The position numbers and the translations under genes are program-made. Positions 61,162 to 64,000 of a stretch of 64,000 nucleotides of DNA are shown here, in pieces (positions within the stretch are counted from its first letter, which is position 1; each line of letters starts with the position of its first letter). Below the pieces are notes generated by a model. That model worked only from the letters and a program-made list of their open reading frames with translations. It did not search any database and was not told the origin of the DNA. This DNA comes from an uncultured Chloroflexia bacterium (GTDB lineage Bacteria > Chloroflexota > Chloroflexia > QHBQ01 > JADMIH01). The DNA is taken from positions 768,001 to 832,000 of the forward strand of contig CAWCNY010000006.1 in the NCBI GenBank assembly GCA_963797095.1. The letters run 5' to 3'.

Positions 61162-61800
61162 TTATTCAGCGCCCAGTTTAGGTTCTCTCCCGCTCAGGAG
61201 TTGCCCGATATTGTCGTGGAAGCCGAATATCACGAGCACGCCCCATAGCACCGCCCCAGGCACCAGCCATGATGAAATCGCGCCCGTCAGGCCAAGCGCG
61301 ATCACTGTGCCGACCCCTGCCAATGCGCCTACAATCGCGCCCCAGGCCATATAGCGCGTGACCAGGATCGCAACTCCGCCTGCCAGGAGTGCGGCAAGGG
61401 CCACCCACAGGCTGATTGTCAACATGGCTCCAACTCCTGTCATTATGCCCCTTCCTCCGCCCCACTTGCCCGCCAGCAAGCGCACCCACACCGACCGGTT
61501 GTGTCCAATTATGGCAGCACCGCCCGCAGTGCCCGCTGCTATGCCCGCCCACGCTTCATCAGGCCACCCTATGGAGCGCGCCACCAGCACCGCTACCAAG
61601 CCCTTGAGCAGGTCAAGGATCAGGACAATAGCGCCCGCCGCCGGGCCTGCCGCGCGGAAGGTATTGGTCGCACCCGTCTTACCGCTGCCAACGCTCAAGG
61701 GGTCGCGGCCCAGCAGGCGGCTGATGAGAAGTCCACTAGGGATGGCTCCCACCAGATAAGCGCCCGCCGCGACAGCGAGAAGGAGGAGGAGATCGGCCAC
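61162..61800 (-). CDS. plsY: glycerol-3-phosphate acyltransferase PlsY
   Basis: Motifs YLVGAIPSG, GSGKTGATN, DLLKG, IGHN, GGRG and HDNI. Confidence 0.9.
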   Translation of the reverse strand: MADLLLLLAVAAGAYLVGAIPSGLLISRLLGRDPLSVGSGKTGATNTFRAAGPAAGAIVLILDLLKGLVAVLVARSIGWPDEAWAGIAAGTAGGAAIIGHNRSVWVRLLAGKWGGGRGIMTGVGAMLTISLWVALAALLAGGVAILVTRYMAWGAIVGALAGVGTVIALGLTGAISSWLVPGAVLWGVLVIFGFHDNIGQLLSGREPKLGAE

Positions 61801-61803
61801 CGG

Positions 61804-62487
61804 TCAGTCGAGGATGGCGAAGGCGCGTACAGCAAATGAAGTGCCACCTACTATGGCAGGTGGCACAGCGAAAAAGCGGAATCCATCGGGCGGCAGCCCA
61901 TCGAGGCCGCGTATATGCTCGACAATAGGGATGTCGGCTGCCAGCAGGAGAGTATGGGCCGGGCGGGTGGTATCACCTCGCGTTCCCTTCGCGGGGTCGC
62001 CCATATTGTCAATATTGGCGCAATCAATACCTACGAGGGCTGCTCCACCTTTAACAAGTGCTTCGCAAGCAGCCGCTCCCAGGAAGGGGCCGGATCGGAA
62101 ATAGTCAGGGCTTTCCCACCTGCTGGACCAATCAGTCCGTATCAGCACGGCCCTGTCCCCGAAGTCCAGGCCATCGAATGTCTCAGGCCCGATCTCACCT
62201 TCTTGCACAGCGGTTACTAACAGGCCGGGGAGGTCGGCCAGCTTCTCAAGAGGCACTCCTGCAAGGTCGGCCCGTTCGGGGTGGCGGTGGAAGGGCGCGT
62301 CAATATATGTGCCCGTATTTCCACCCAACTCGAACACTGCCATCTGGAATGTCGTACCTGGGGCGTAGCTTCCTCGCTCCGCACTCTGCTCATGTGAGAG
62401 AAATACCCCAAAATGTGGCACGGGCAACCCGGGGTAAGCTGGCATACCCTCGTGCAGCTGGTGGCTAAGGTCGACAAACCTGGACAT
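61804..62487 (-). CDS. cyclase family metal-dependent hydrolase (kynurenine-formamidase-like)
   Basis: Motifs VDLSH, NTGTYIDAPFH, VLIRT, VGID, H..LL and IVE. Confidence 0.85.
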   Translation of the reverse strand: MSRFVDLSHQLHEGMPAYPGLPVPHFGVFLSHEQSAERGSYAPGTTFQMAVFELGGNTGTYIDAPFHRHPERADLAGVPLEKLADLPGLLVTAVQEGEIGPETFDGLDFGDRAVLIRTDWSSRWESPDYFRSGPFLGAAACEALVKGGAALVGIDCANIDNMGDPAKGTRGDTTRPAHTLLLAADIPIVEHIRGLDGLPPDGFRFFAVPPAIVGGTSFAVRAFAILD

Positions 62488-62587
62488 CGTTGTCCTCCTG
62501 CGTGATGCGTGATATGTGATACATGACCTGTAATATACTGCATACTTCGTACTGCTTACCTTGTCATTCGTAATCACGTTTCACGTT

Positions 62588-62803
62588 TCACTTTTGTTTG
62601 GCTTCCCCGAACCTTTCCTTTTTCACTTCTCGTTCGACGGCGCTTGCTTTTACCCACAGGTTGTCGTCTTCGTCAAGCCAGGTTTCGTTCATTGCATATC
62701 GAAGCGACTGGTGTGAGTAGCCGGGCAAGACGCGATAATCTCCTGTGATGGGGTCCCTCAACAAACCGTCTAATACTTTTAGTGAAGCTTCTAATTGTAT
62801 CAT
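62588..62803 (-). CDS. small hypothetical protein
   Basis: ATG with AGGAGG RBS. Confidence 0.55.
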   Translation of the reverse strand: MIQLEASLKVLDGLLRDPITGDYRVLPGYSHQSLRYAMNETWLDEDDNLWVKASAVEREVKKERFGEAKQK

Positions 62804-62935
62804 CGCGCTTTCCTCCTATCTCGACTTCTATAAAAGAGAGCAAGGGCCGCTCTTTTGTGAGAAGCGGTCCTTGCTCCTGCTTAGCTTGTCCAAGCATCTT
62901 TGCCTGTGTGTGCCTTATTATGGCATACTGGCGCT

Positions 62936-63268
62936 ATGCCGTCAATAGTTCGCTGGTCTGAATATATTCTAGGTACGAAGACCCAGGTAGTACGAAGCGG
63001 TCCGATCTACGTACGAACCGAGCGTGGGATCCAAACCTTGATAGGAGAAGCGACCTCCCATGAAGTAGGCGCGCCCGGCGGTCTGAGATTCGCAGCCGTG
63101 CGCCCTCGTATTGTTCACCTGATAGAAGATATGGGTGTGCGTAGCGCGCCAATAACGGGCGGTATAGGAAAAGGCGCTTTGATTATGCTGCTGGGCCTGT
63201 TATGGATGCCTTTGCAGTACTTGCGGATTTCCAGGAGGTTGAATCATGGGCAGAAACGGGAACGATAA
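62936..63268 (+). CDS. hypothetical protein with C-terminal TM
   Basis: Overlaps the start of the next gene; AVRP..V motif and hydrophobic C-terminus. Confidence 0.5.
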   Translation: MPSIVRWSEYILGTKTQVVRSGPIYVRTERGIQTLIGEATSHEVGAPGGLRFAAVRPRIVHLIEDMGVRSAPITGGIGKGALIMLLGLLWMPLQYLRISRRLNHGQKRER

Positions 63269-63689
63269 CGGCCATAGCTTGCCCAGGCTGCCGTTCGAAG
63301 ATGAAGAGGACGCTGTTTTCGACCTCACAGACGATATACCGTTTGCTGAGATTGACGATATACCCCTGACTGGTGGTCCTGGTGTCATGAACAGCACCCC
63401 GGAGGTCGAAGCCGCCACAGCGCACGTGTCGGCGGTATTTGGAGAGCCTCTGGTTGTAGGCGACAAAACTATCATCCCGGTTGCCAGCGTTCGCCGTGTC
63501 TTTGGTTTTCGCGGTGGGTGGACATCTGCTGCGCCTGTGGCCGTTATCGAGGTCGGTGAGGACGGGGTCAATATTAGGTCATTGAACACGCCGGTCTTGA
63601 TACCGCTGGCCGGGATTCTACTTGTCGCGTGGAATGTCTACTGGGTGATGCGCATGATCCGCGACGGGCGTGCTAAGCGCTCGGAATAA
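63246..63689 (+). CDS. GerW/YtfJ-like family protein
   Basis: VFGEPLVVGDKTIIPVASV and PVAVIEV motifs. Confidence 0.7.
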   Translation: MGRNGNDNGHSLPRLPFEDEEDAVFDLTDDIPFAEIDDIPLTGGPGVMNSTPEVEAATAHVSAVFGEPLVVGDKTIIPVASVRRVFGFRGGWTSAAPVAVIEVGEDGVNIRSLNTPVLIPLAGILLVAWNVYWVMRMIRDGRAKRSE

Positions 63690-63722
63690 AAGTATTCCAA
63701 GCAATGAAGTTTGCCGGACATC

Positions 63723-64000
63723 CTTAGCTCGACTTTGTACATTACCAACTCAATAGCAAACCGCGTAGGCCAGTCTCTCCACGTGTGAGCGTGGGACTAA
63801 ACAGACATCAGGGTCTGTGGGGGCTGTCTGAAAAGTGAAGTTGCCCCACAAGTGCCGTCTGACTTGTGCCAGCACGTCCGAGAAGGTAGCCTCCCTCTTT
63901 TGGTACCAGGCAGTGCGCTGCACAGGCACTTTTCCGTCTGGGTGTAGAGCCTTTCCAAACAGAGCCACCAGGCTGAACATGCCAAGCAAGCAGGGTGTGC
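63723..64000 (-). mobile_element. 3' end of a DDE transposase element (IS701-like), truncated by the window edge
   Basis: LLGMFSLVAL...TAWYQKREATFSDVLAQVRRHLW; probable end sequence ATGTACAAAGTCGAGCTAAG at 63742-63723. Confidence 0.7.

Overview
Bacterial chromosomal window, most likely from Chloroflexota. That assignment is inferred from the SLH proteins with GYPCGGPGEPC motifs, the 'YFPETGH...GYPISE' surface repeats and the MPxTG sorting tails. Housekeeping and accessory genes include fabH, relA/spoT, cphA-cphB (cyanophycin), tRNA-Arg(CCT)-hpf, amtB and plsY. The nrdR-nrdJ operon encodes a class II ribonucleotide reductase carrying two LAGLIDADG inteins and lies behind an array of about six NrdR boxes. 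A four-element IS cluster at 21.9-27.95 kb has IS66 next to ISKra4, which contains an IS3 element, which in turn contains an IS110; all junction duplications are resolvable by eye. A second, apparently identical IS110 copy lies at 53.2-54.8 kb. The best candidate system is the ~340-bp non-coding end of this IS110. It folds into a stem-closed RNA and carries 9- and 10-nt copies of the two recombination junctions, including nucleotides that belong to the flanking target sites, so it is a bridge/seek-type guide RNA whose target can be read from this window. The window also has three unrelated REP-like palindrome families, mirrored 7-nt tandem-repeat hairpins at operon junctions, unannotated small basic peptides and a PHO-box-like promoter. 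No CRISPR array or rRNA was seen. All calls come from motif recognition by eye; no searches were run.
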